A stretch of 64,000 bases of DNA from contig NC_087252.1 in assembly GCF_037042905.1 (NCBI RefSeq), positions 16,184,001-16,248,000 of the forward strand. The letters run 5' to 3'. The translations under genes were made by a program, and so were the position numbers. The notes under the pieces were generated by a model. The model worked only from the letters and a program-made list of their open reading frames with translations. It did no database searches and was not told the origin of the DNA. Positions 53,001 through 64,000 of this stretch are shown here, one piece after another. How positions within the stretch are numbered: the first letter of the stretch is position 1; each line of letters starts with the position of its first letter. This DNA is from Lytechinus pictus (taxonomy: Eukaryota).

Positions 53001-56000
53001 AAATAATACATAAATACATTTTAGAATAGATAATACAAATATCAACCGTTTCATTGGGACACCAAAGTTAACTTAATTACTGTGGGATAAAGCCTCCTGT
53101 CCCAAGTCAATCAGTATAGACCACTACTCTTAAATAATAAATAAATGCAATACCATAATACCTGTACCTATGCGATACATGTTTTCTAGCAGTACGATTT
53201 GTAATTTTCCATGTGGATAACTATTCTAGAAATGTAGATAAATATGTAAAATAGGCATGTGTAAGGTCATAATGACGATAATAATAATATAGGGTATTTA
53301 TATTGCGCACATATCCACCTTGTTAGGTGCTCAAGGCGCTCCTATAATTACCCGGCTAAGCTAGGCGTTCATAGCGCACACAGCTTTTTAAGGAATTACT
53401 TCCTACCGGTACCCATTTACCTCACCTGGGTTGAGTGCGGCACATTGTGGATCAGTTTCTTGCTGTAGGAATATTAATAATAGTAATAATAATAATAATA
53501 TGATGATGATGGTGATGATAATAATAGTGACAATAATGATGATGATGATAATAATAACGATAACCGTGATGGTGATGATAATAATAACAACGACCATGAT
53601 GATAATATTAATAAGAGGGATATGACAATAATGATTTTCTACTGCATACGAATCATGATAATTTGAATGAACACTTAATGGAGAATGTTGGTAATAATTA
53701 CCTTACTGCGAAAGATGATGATGTTGCTAACAACGAAGAAGCCAGAATGTTGGATTGACTGCTGTAATAAAAGGGAAACAATTAAATTGAACTAGAGTAG
53801 AAATGAACATCAGTTGAATATTTGATGACTGAAGTGCATGAAAATATTTGTCATATTTCAACACTGACAAAGGAAACACTTAAGAATAGCCTAAATATTT
53901 ATTGTTTCATTAGCTCAGTATCAGTTCGATCATGCTTAGGCAATACATAAAAAATTATATTTAAAAAAAAAAGCGCATAGCCATTTAACCCCATCCCCCC
54001 AAAAAAGATTTCAGTAAAACAATATGTTCGATTCTTTGGCTAATGCATTGGAAAATATAAGTTCAGGTCTACATATTTTTCTTTTCAATAACGGAATAAT
54101 TACCTTGACGCTTCAGTGCTACTCTTCGGATCTCTTTGGGCATGTTGGGCGGCTGAACCATGTGTATGGATTGTTGAAGATGATCTGCAAAGAAAATTTT
54201 ACATATTGAACTTATAAAGATACATTGAACTGGATTTTTTAAAATGACCTTTATCTCTTTTTATTTTTATTTTGCTTAGAAAGTTAATTTCAGGTCCACT
54301 GGCGGATCCAGGGGGACACAGCCGGCCTGTGCCGTCCCCTCCCTGTTGAGATATGCACAATTAAAATTTATAATGTAAAAATTCCGTTTAAACAAAAGTG
54401 TGCCCCTCCCCATTTTAAAAGTAAATACGTTTTTTTTTGCTTGTCAATATTTTTTGTGGACGAAGTACCCCTAATATTTGGTTAAAACCCCCTTTTTTGG
54501 TTGTCAATTTTTTTTCGTATACAAACATATTTTGGAATTTTTTTTTTTTTGCTTATCACTTTTTTCGTGGACGAATTAATACTCTTAAATTTTGTTCAGG
54601 TCTACATATTTTTCTTTTCAATAACGGAATAATTACCTTGACGCTTCAGTGCTACTCTTCGGATCTCTTTGGGCATGTTGGGCGGCTGAACCATGTGTAT
54701 GGATTGTTGAAGATGATCTGCAAAGAAAATTTTACATATTGAACTTATAAAGATACATTGAACTGGATTTTTTAAAATGACCTTTATCTCTTTTTATTTT
54801 TATTTTGCTTAGAAAGTTAATTTCAGGTCCACTGGCGGATCCAGGGGGACACAGCCGGCCTGTGCCGTCCCCTCCCTGTTGAGATATGCACAATTAAAAT
54901 TTATAATGTAAAATTCCGTTTAAACAAAAGTGTGCCCCTCCCCATTTTAAAAGGGAAGACCTTTTTTTTTGCTTGTCAATATTTTTTTGTGGACGAAGTA
55001 CCCCTAATTATTGGTTAAAACCCCCTTTCTTCGGCTTGTCAATTTATTTCGTGGACAAAATACCCTTAATTTTTGGTTAATTTTTTTTTTTTGCTTAATA
55101 TGCTTATGACTTTTTTTCGTGGACGAATTAATTCCCTTAAATTTTGGTTAAAAACTTCCCCTATGGGGAAATCCTGGATCCGCCCCTGTTCAGGTCCATT
55201 GTGGGTTACATTCCACCATTTTGGTAGCAATGAAATTCTTTATTTTTAAAAATATATTTTCTTAAAAAATACCTTTCTTAATTAAAGACTTTTTTTATAT
55301 TCATAGGCCCTGTCGATATTTTGTAAAAAAGGTTTATTTTTTATGGGGGTGGGGGTATTGGATAATAAATGCCTCTCAATATTCCAAAAGTATGAGTAGG
55401 TTTTTTTTTGGCTCTCTTTATATATGGGGGAGGGGGGGGGGTGGCCGGGGACGTCTGACCAGACAAAAATCACAATCATCTGGAAATTTGTTTACATTTT
55501 TTAAAAAATGTTTTTAGACACAGTTTTGGATATATCCCGCTTCCGCGGCCCCTGCTTCATTCATCTCAAAAATATCTGAAAATGTCCTGTGCGGGCAATC
55601 ATAAGATTTATTAAGTGAATCGAGATGTTTGTTGATTTTTAGTTAGCTGAATTAGTCTGGACCCAGAAGGGACAATTAGTTGCTAAAATATCTAGAACAT
55701 ATTTAAAGGCATATTACACAAACCCTTTAAAAAACAAAAATGAAATAACCCAAAACGATATGTAAATTGAAATATATCTCTGTGTTGTTTTATCATCGTT
55801 TCTAAATTAGTAGCCCTTTTTTCGGTAGGCCTACGGCTTTGAATTTGTGAAAAATCTTACCACAACTGAGGATTAAAAAAGACATAAAAATGGAGTGAGA
55901 ACGAGACGAGCTGACCAGTAAAGTTTTGAGAAAAATGTCATGGGATGGGCCTTACAACTGATATGATAAAAGACATTTCATAATTAAGATAAAATTGTGG

Positions 56001-57051
56001 AAAACGGCGTCTCATAAATCAGTCTACAATCTCGGCATGTGCAGAACAACTGTCACATGACTGCACAGCTGATCTAAAAGTTTAAACTAGAGTTGGAGTA
56101 CGGAGTACGAATTGGAGTTAGCTCGGCAAAATGTGGAAATTTTCATCAATATAGGCAGCGCGATAAAGGGATTATTTGAGGTAAGATTTGCATTTAGCCA
56201 CATAAAAAGTTAATTTAAAGAAGGTTGAACTATATAGACCTCTTAACATCGATAGACGTGACTAGCTTGAGTTCGTTTATCGTTCGGTTTCACATTAAAT
56301 CTGACGATAGACCTACACACATTGAAATCTGTGGAGTTTGGCCAAACTATGGTTTTGAACTACGCGCAAATGAACGAATGGGACTACAAATACTTTCTGC
56401 GGTGCGATGGCGGCGCAGACGACATTGAAATGTATTATCGATATTCAAAAGAATTGACAAGTTTTTCAATGAGGATAAGTGAGATATAATCCTATTTTTT
56501 CAAAGGAAATTAATTAGTAATGCATGGGAGGGGTCAATATAATGATCTTACATACTTTATCAGCATGAGTATGTTTACAATCATAAAATTAAATGCATTT
56601 CTAATCAATTTTCGTTACTGTTTTGGACTTACTTGTGAACCCCTCGAATAAAGTCCAGAGCTGTCATCGCCTGCTCGTTTGCCAGAACAACGTCATCGTC
56701 GAAGGGATTTTGCAGTTGTACAAAATCCCCTGGCAGCAATTCTTTGATTAGGATGGTTGATGCAGACAGTGGGGATGGTGGAGGACCGCCACCAGTCTGC
56801 CTCAATTTAGCTTTGAAGTTGCTAAACTCTTTCTTAGCATACCCTCTTTGGCGCTTCCACAGCTCCTTCATTTTGTGGAGGGGCCACCGCCTCCCGAATC
56901 GAGCACAGAACTGCTCCTCCACCTCATTCCACGCGGCAGTCTTCGCCTCATTGGCCTTGTGATGCGTTTCTCTATTACAAATCTTTTGTTGTCTGTCAGC
57001 GATTAATTCAATTAAATAATTAATTTCCGCCTTCTGCCACTTCAAGGCCAT
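50090..57051 (-). CDS. Harbinger Myb/SANT-like DNA-binding accessory protein, exons 57051-56633, 54717-54637, 54184-54104, 53761-53702, 52933-52838, 52544-52485, 51590-51513, 51149-51096, 50384-50090; about 407 aa
   Basis: Exon 1 has W...E...LIELI..K..AW..V...F..R....MK.LW...K..TGGGPPP; all eight introns are GT-AG phase 2 and give one open frame through a Ser-rich linker to a basic patch (PRKR..KRAR) and coiled-coil (KEHELRMRLMLKEHEIKMK). Confidence 0.85.
53275..53468 (-). mobile_element. SINE 3' part with (TTA)n tail
   Basis: CCGGTACCCATTTACCTCACCTGGGTTGAGTGCGGCAC is the reverse complement of the SINE core at 37860-37900. Confidence 0.75.
53470..53615. repeat. (ATA/ATG)n trinucleotide microsatellite
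   Basis: Direct inspection. Confidence 0.9.
54061..55145. repeat. 533-bp-offset tandem duplication including an 81-nt exon of the Myb/SANT gene
   Basis: 54061-54420 repeated essentially identically at 54594-54953; the remainder is similar but diverged. Confidence 0.92.
54830..55188. mobile_element. hAT-type MITE
   Basis: 8-bp TSD TTCAGGTC (54822-29, 55189-96); CACTGGCGGATCCAGG / CCTGGATCCGCCCCTG termini. Confidence 0.85.
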
Positions 57052-57880
57052 TGTGGACTGTACTTTAACAGATGATGATGATGATGGTTGTTGATTAAGT
57101 GCAGCCAGCTGATGATGTGTTCTATTTTGTGTGTGTACAGTGTGTGTGTGTGTGTGTGTGTGTAATGATACACAACAACCAATGCCAGCAAACAGAATTC
57201 TTGGGAGATGGGGGGGGGGGGGGGTCTGTACCAGCAAACATGTATTTTAAAATAATATATTTTTAGTTTATTGTGTATATGCTGCAGATGTTTATTCTTT
57301 TATGACACTGAGCATGCTCAGTGCAGTCTCAAAAAAGGGGAAATCCCTAGATTTGATTGAAAATCCATGGTTGAATCCATGGATTTAGTTGAGTCCATGG
57401 TTGAATCCATGGACTCAACCGTGGGTCTGGTGGAATCCGCGGATTTTTGAGTCCACCGTTGGTGAATCACAAACTGCAGAATCCGCGGATTTTCCAGAAT
57501 CCATGGACTCAAAAATCCGCGGATTCTAAAATCTGTGGATTTTGTAGAATCCACCTTTGTGAATTCGGGCCAATGAGTCCACTCTTCAAACAGTGGACTC
57601 ATGAATAAAATAGCGTATCTAACCATGGTAACAGGCGTCAATTTGGCGCACTGCGACAAAAGCGCGCATCAGAATTTGACATTTTTTATACACGCGCCAG
57701 ATACGTGCTAAATTAAGCGTAATTTATACAGGAAATCTGCATACACCATGGACTCAACCGTGGGCTTTCAAAACCACCTTTGTGAATTCGGGCCAATGTG
57801 TTTAATGTAAATATGGCGTCCTTACACAAGTGTGTCCCTCCTTTTGAAAGTTACAGCAAATATTTCTAACGGAAATATAT

Positions 57881-58291
57881 ACCGTGTTTACACTTAATCG
57901 GCTTTTTCATAGCGTGTAAAACACGATTAACTTGCATCGGCTCGCGGTTCAGAATCAGCAATTTGCACCACCAAAGTAGTAGGTTCAGAACCACGAGCCG
58001 ATGCAGAATCGGCTTTTTTACTACGTGTAAACAGAAAGCCGATTCTGCATCGGCAATTGGTGCGCATTTCATTTACTTTACCATTGTGACATAATTGTAA
58101 GCGCTCGGATCCAGCGTTGTCTTTATTATGACGTATATTGTTGGTGAGCGTATCAATTAAGGTTTTTGACACGCGAGCTGATTCTGCACCGCAAGCTGTA
58201 ACAGCGTGTAAATGCAGTGCAAGATAAACCAAAAGCCGATTCTGCATCGGCTTTTGGTTCTGAACCAAAAGCCGATCAAGTGTAAACACGT
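57881..58291. mobile_element. MITE with CGTGTTTACAC termini (Harbinger-like)
   Basis: CGTGTTTACACTTAATCGGCTTTT / AAAAGCCGATCAAGTGTAAACACG; internal GCCGAT repeats. Confidence 0.65.
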
Positions 58292-59996
58292 TAATTGTCT
58301 CATACACAAGTAAAGATCTCCTTTTTTGTGCTTGTTAAAGCATGGACCTATTACGAATGGACATTCAACGAGAGCTCTTTATGACCACCACCTGTTTCCA
58401 GCTGTCAAAATCGCTGTCTAACCCTTAACTTTCTCTTTACGCGGTTTTTACGACGACCGCCCGGGGCGATTGTTTACACAAGCTCCTTTCGGCCAATGAT
58501 CGTCACCGATCGATCACTGGCCCTCTTTCGACCAAAGACGGTCATGTTTTAGCCCCGATTGCCAATAGGGAAAGTCCCTACATTACCTAGAATGCAATGC
58601 GCGATTCATATCCGGTTTTCAGTACATTATTTTAGGCTGTCTATAATGTGCGATTGTCGTCTGACCATAAAAAAAAATCCCGTTAAATTTCAGTCCATAT
58701 CAAAATTACGGCACAGCAACGCATGAGGATTCAAACAATGACGTAGAGATCGAAGCCGATATACAGCTGTTCCCGATATTCGGAAAAGCGGTGGGCATAT
58801 GGACATTCAAATGCAATTCAGACTTGATATGACATTTGAGAACAACATTTGGTGGTGAATTTTGCTCGAAGTTGGTCGGTGCGAAATTAGCGCCCAATCC
58901 CACGGAAAATCCCAAGGAAAAAATTCAGAAATTGTGATTTTAGTCAGCTGGCATGGCTGAGTTCAGATTAGCATAGGCCCTTTTTTGGGGGGATACATTT
59001 ACATATATACATGTAAACTACAAATTTTGATTACAAACGTCAAAAACTATGCCAATTTTTATATTTGAACAAATTATATCGTATTCATATGTAATAAATA
59101 TTCTAAAAAACCTTAGGCCTAACCAAGAAGAAAATATCACATAACTCACTAATACCAAAATCCCGCCATGTTTTCAGAACACTTCTTGATTTATCATGGA
59201 ATATTTCTCTGCCTCAATTTCTAAAATATGTTAATTCCAAACAGTTGTAGGTTTTCTCTGAATAATTATTGCAGTCTCTCTAGAAAAATTGAATAGGAAT
59301 CGTTTGTCACTCTCTCCAGTCACAGTTCCGCACACAAAGTGCACATTTTACCATTGAAATTGCATGCGCAATAAGTGGTGCGTAGCTTTTTAGGGCCTGC
59401 GTAGCCTTTAAGGCTTTACTTTATGTTTTAAAATTTAGGACACCTTACCATGTTTCACCTGAATACTACCATGTCCATGTCATCTTAATTTACCAACATT
59501 ATCTACCAACATCAGCAAATAATAGGCCTCATTCCAGAGCAATATTTTTCGGCAAGGTTTCCATTTCAGTGAAACAATGTCAATGTTGTGCAGTAACCAA
59601 TGGCCTAATTGACACTTTGACAGTCAATGTCATGACAGTACTGCACTGTACAGCATTAATTTAACAAGTCATTCATTCATAAATTCATACCGGTATTCAG
59701 ATATGGTTTTGTAAAACATTGACAATAGATATCAAGCCCTACGAGCGAATTACTACTCAATGACAATGCTCGGCTCAGCTCACCTCAGCCAATACAAAGC
59801 ATATTAACGCACCCCATAATCCATCTCGCCAGAGACAGGCGTGTCCCGGCCCGCGCCAACGGGGCAGTGGCGGTACGGTGGCAGTGAAACCCCGTGGCAG
59901 TACAACGACATCTAACAGTAACACTAACAGTAACATTCTAGAAAATCAGGCCGAGCCACTAACTACGAAAACAATATCAAAGAAAATTGTTATCTA

Positions 59997-60350
59997 ACTT
60001 ACTGTTTAGCGTATTCTGCGAATGAATTTGAAGTCGTTGTCCGAATCTGACCTGTGTTCCTTTAGTTTATGATGAATTATAGACGGACTTCTGAACAGCA
60101 AAACAGTGGTTGATCGGGTTCTTTTTTCAAATATTGCAATTGGCGGTTACATGCGTACGTGCGCGCGCGCGTGCGAGAACAACACTTACATACATAGAGC
60201 GAGCTAGCTAGCAGCGCAGCCAACACATCCCGATATCGGGGGGGGGGGGGGTAAATCAAGACCAAATCAGGGGGAGGGGGCTTCTTAGCCAAGATACATC
60301 CCGATATGGGGGAGGAGTGAATTGCATGTAAGACCAAATCAGGGGTGTCT
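59997..60350 (-). promoter_or_regulatory. Putative internal promoter and non-coding first exon of element 3 (donor GTAAGT at 60002-59997)
   Basis: CpG-rich (GC)n patch at ~60150-60240 upstream; block homologous to element 1 5866-5966. Confidence 0.5.
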
Positions 60351-61051
60351 TTTTCTTGATTGGTTCTGGGTTGGCAATTAACCATGCAGTCAATTTTTGC
60401 CACTGCTTATCCTTTGAAAGGATCTATGAAAAAAATCATTTTGCTCAATTTTTTTCTGTTCTATAATTCCATGTCTTTTTTTTTTTTCCATTGTCTTTTT
60501 TTCTTTTTCCTTCTTTTTTTCTGTTCAGTCTTTCTTCTTTTCTTTGTCTTAGTCTTTTTCTTTTCTTTTTTTTTAATTTATTTTTCTGTTTTTCGATATA
60601 TATATTTTTTACTTATTTCTTTTTTCCTTTTCTCTCTTTGTTTAATTTCGCTTTTGTTTTGATTGCAATTGAGAATTTCGTTCATTAGATTTTTTTTCTG
60701 TTACATATTGTACTAGCCTGGCGGCAGGGAATTTTGATACTGGGGGGGGGGGGGCAAGACAATAACAGACAAATCATTTCAATTAAGCAAGTAATGACAG
60801 GCCTAGAATAGCTCTCCTCTTTATAAACACCATCCATGAGTGAGAAAAAATAATTAAAACACAATTTGTAAAGAAAAAAAAAAGAGGAACGTTTTATGAT
60901 CAAAAGCAGTAGTAGCGATATATAAATTGGCCGGGAGGGGGCTTTGGTCGTTGCAGACCAAAATCAGGGTTTGCCGATGGGAATTTCAATAGGGGTTGGG
61001 GGAGGAAGACAACCAACAGTGAATTCATTTTAAGCAAAATAATGACCTATG

Positions 61052-61266
61052 GGACATTGCAAGAAACTTGCAATTGAACGCAAGTCAATTTCAAACTCCA
61101 AAATCAATTGAAAGTCTTACTTTTCATTGCAAACTTGCAACTGATTTATTGTTTCTTCCATCAATAAATCTATAAATTTGTTTACTTTAGATGAAATTAG
61201 TCTATCACTTGTAAATTTGCAACCGAATTTTGGGATTGACTGCAAATATTTTCTTGCAACACCCCA
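61052..61266. mobile_element. Small degenerate MITE
   Basis: GGGACATTGCAAGAAA ... TTTCTTGCAACACCCC inverted ends. Confidence 0.5.
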
Positions 61267-61959
61267 TAGCTCTCTTTATAAAAAGTGGCCATAATTAAAT
61301 AAGAAAATTAATTTAAAAATAGAACAAAACTTTCAAGAAGGGGGGGGGGGGGCGTTACATAAAAAACTGTATACCGTACAGATAGGAGAGGTGGTGTGCC
61401 GTTCAAATTATACCAAGAAACAAAAAGAGAAAAGAAAGGATGATGAAGTGTACAATTTTCTATTTAGTACGATACACATCTTGTTCATGCTCTTTAAAAC
61501 TTGCATGTTTTAATTTCAAGATTTTTACGGTAAATGATGATTATATTCTTCCCTTTCGGGAGTGGCTGTGAAATAATTTGTCCGTTGATATTAAGGTACA
61601 ATAAAAACCCTTTTTATCAAATAAGATTTCATTGACTCCTTTTATTTTTGCACTCAATGCATCAGATATAAATTTAGAAGGTAATATGTACAATTGTAAA
61701 ATATAACAAATTAATAATATTGTATTTTAAGCACTGGTTCAATTATATTTAAACACATATAGGCCTTTTACTTAATAAAGACAAAGACAATTTAAAAGAA
61801 TGCAACAGACCATGTTTGCCATCATGAGCGAATGGGCCTGATTTGGGGAAGCTGCTCGCATAAAAGTCACAACTCAAAAATTTTAATAATTCTAATTTTT
61901 AATCTTTGATCTTTTTTTTTCTTTAAATCTTCGGAATTATGTTATTGGGTAATGCAATT

Positions 61960-62930
61960 GGGCATACCATTCACCATTAACATAAATAGCATTCATTAGG
62001 CACACACCACTAAGCCACAATTGCGTTACAATTATCCAACAACTATCCATTAATTATACCACTATATAGGCACATACTACTGAGACACCATATTGGGCAT
62101 ATGGTATACCATTGATACAAATCATACCATTACACATATACCACTGAGACTATTGGATACCACTGAGACACCATTGGGTATATGGTATACCATTCACCAT
62201 ACCAATCATATCATTATAGAGGCACATACTACTGAGACACCATTGAATACGACTGAGACACCATTGGGTATATGGTATACCATTCACCATACCAATCATA
62301 CCATTAGAGGCACATATACTACTGAGAGTCTGAGACACCATTGTATACCACTGAGACACCATTGGATATGGTATACCATTCATCATACCAATCATACCAT
62401 TAGAGGCACATACTACTGAGACACCATTGTATACCACTGAGACACCATTGGTATATGGTATACCATTCACCATACAAATCATACCATTAGAGGCACATAC
62501 TACTGAGACACCATTGAATACCACTGAGACACCATTGGGTATATGGTATACCATTCATCATACCAATCATACCATTAGAGGCACATACTACTGAGACACC
62601 ATTGTATACCACTGAGACACCATTGGGTATGGTATACCATTCATCATACCAATCATACCATTAGACACATACCACTGAGACACCATTGGGTATATGGTAT
62701 ACCATTTACCATTAAATAAACTACCACTTACCATTAAGAACTTACCATTGAAACACCACTTAAATACCATTCGCGTACCATTTACCATTCAGATCACCAT
62801 TCAACTACCATAAACTACCACTTACCATTAAGAACTTACCATTGAAACACCACTGAAATACCATTCGCGTACCATTTACCATTCAGATCACCATTCAACT
62901 ACCATTCGCCACCATTCAAATACCATTGGC
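61960..62930. repeat. Right subterminal ACCATT satellite of element 3 (~85-95-bp units)
   Basis: GAGACACCATTGG(G)TATATGGTATACCATT recurs from ~62165 to ~62700. Confidence 0.9.
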
Positions 62931-62946
62931 GATTTTTATAAGGGAA

Positions 62947-63857
62947 TCTAAAGATGAGAACTATATATGTAAACAATGACTAGAAATATAGAGGAAATAC
63001 TGTACTATCAGAACTCGAATACTTAACATGTATTAGGATAAAACTTCTCTATACTACCAAGGAACATATATCTCCACTATACTACCAAGGAACATAAATA
63101 TTAAATAACTCAATCATTCTACTAATTGTATCTGAATAAACATGACACAAATAACTATCAGTAGGTATAACACCAATAAGATCTTGAAAAGTAAATATGA
63201 TATCCAAATCTATCAGAATATATATACTATAACATAGAAAGATAAGTGTTCTATACCAAAAGAAGTTTATGATTCAAGAAAGAAACTAAAGTATAATCAT
63301 ATTATTAATCTATATATTCTTATATCTTGGTCTCAACTATCAACAGAAAGATATAGAGTAAAACTTATAAGCAATCTTACCAATTGGAGGCTATAAGACT
63401 ATACACTTGGTTGCAATCAATACGAGAAATATCTTGACGGTCAACTGGAGTTCTCTCTTCTATGTCTTTACTACGAACTGAAGTTTCTTGGCTTTTTGCA
63501 TCTCTATTTAAAGGCTCTGAACTTCTGGTCAAGCCAGACTGCTCATTAGACAGTCTAATTAAAAGTTACAAGGAAGCTGGTACTGCCCAGCACTCTACAC
63601 AGAACAAAACAATGAACTTGACCATTCCTATACAAATTATAACAATGAAGGGTGGACGCGATGTTTGTCCATAGAATTAGCTTTCTGCACCTTTACTTTA
63701 ACACATAACCTGCCCTATGGAATTTCATGTAGAAAGAGATTAAGAAAATGCTAGAGTGCGAAATGAGAGACCTAGTGGAATATGAATTTAAACATAATAT
63801 CAAAATATATACATCATTGAAATTGCATAGAACTCACTGCACACTGCTGCAGTGACA
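62947..63857 (-). repeat. 5' LTR of BEL/Pao element, outer piece
   Basis: Matches 29300-30210; the ORF-track entries 29815-30027 and 63462-63674 are identical. Confidence 0.95.
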
Positions 63858-64000
63858 ACGGTTACATCAACATTTAAATCCATGGGGAAAAGGAGCTATG
63901 CCCATATGATTTATATGTGTAGATCTATACATATATAGAAAATAAATTATAACAATTATTCTAAAAATGAAGAAATAAATTATCAGCATCATGGTTATTA

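Larger units (their letters stand above)
39254..57571 (+). mobile_element. Autonomous-type PIF/Harbinger transposon, 18.3 kb
   Basis: TIR GGCCCGAATTCACAAAGGTGGATTCTACAAAATCCAC at both ends; TSD AAT (39251-53, 57572-74); subterminal ATCCA(C/T)GGA repeats; convergent transposase and Myb/SANT genes. Confidence 0.95.
39050..57794. mobile_element. Harbinger-type palindromic MITE (arms 39050-39253 and 57575-57794) split by the autonomous element
   Basis: GGCCCGAATTCA.AAAGGTGG termini; 3-bp TSD AAT (39047-49, 57795-97); the ~200-bp arms are inverted copies. Confidence 0.88.
34313..62944 (-). mobile_element. Giant (28.6 kb incl. nested Harbinger) CMC/EnSpm-like non-autonomous DNA transposon, element 3
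   Basis: TIR CCCTTATAAAAA / TTTTTATAAGGG; 2-bp TSD AA (34311-12, 62945-46); the empty site GTGAAACAATCTAAAG is visible in the other LTR at 29291-29306; ACCATT/AATGGT subterminal arrays at both ends. Confidence 0.92.
29072..63857 (-). mobile_element. BEL/Pao LTR retrotransposon (internally deleted), 5' LTR interrupted by element 3
   Basis: TG...CA LTRs of 1139 bp: 29072-30210 and 34085-34312 + 62947-63857; 5-bp TSD ACGGT (29067-71, 63858-62); purine tract AAAGGAGCCA (minus) adjoining the 3' LTR; BEL-type ORF. Confidence 0.95.

Noticed and set aside
53403..53625. Ile/Met/Asn-rich ORFs (also Phe-rich 60360-60688)
   Set aside because: Microsatellite or T-rich low-complexity translations.

Overview
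AT-rich metazoan DNA, probably echinoderm/sea-urchin-like (inferred from the SINE and MITE types). No host gene is recognisable; almost the whole window is two stacks of nested transposons. Stack 1 (1957-25257): a hAT-type MITE is split by a 22.3-kb CCC...GGG element with a 2-bp TSD (2381-24647). That element contains a second 13.6-kb CCC...GGG element (7018-20576) carrying a decayed PB1/SAMD3-like gene, a 5'-truncated LINE, MITEs and an inverted pair of tRNA-Thr-like arms. Stack 2 (29072-63857): a BEL/Pao LTR retrotransposon with apparently identical LTRs and an in-frame RT/RNaseH deletion has its 5' LTR split by a third, 28.6-kb CCC...GGG element (34313-62944). That element carries an apparently intact autonomous PIF/Harbinger transposon (spliced 356-aa DDE transposase plus convergent ~407-aa Myb/SANT gene), itself inserted in a Harbinger MITE with the same termini. 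The three giant elements look like CMC/EnSpm(CACTA)-type non-autonomous elements with kb-long, element-specific ACCA-core subterminal satellites; two share a conserved first-exon/splice-donor module. Also found: two 26-bp palindromic insertions with 7-bp TSDs and direct evidence for GGCC+TA micro-insertions. All coordinates and alignments were read by eye.
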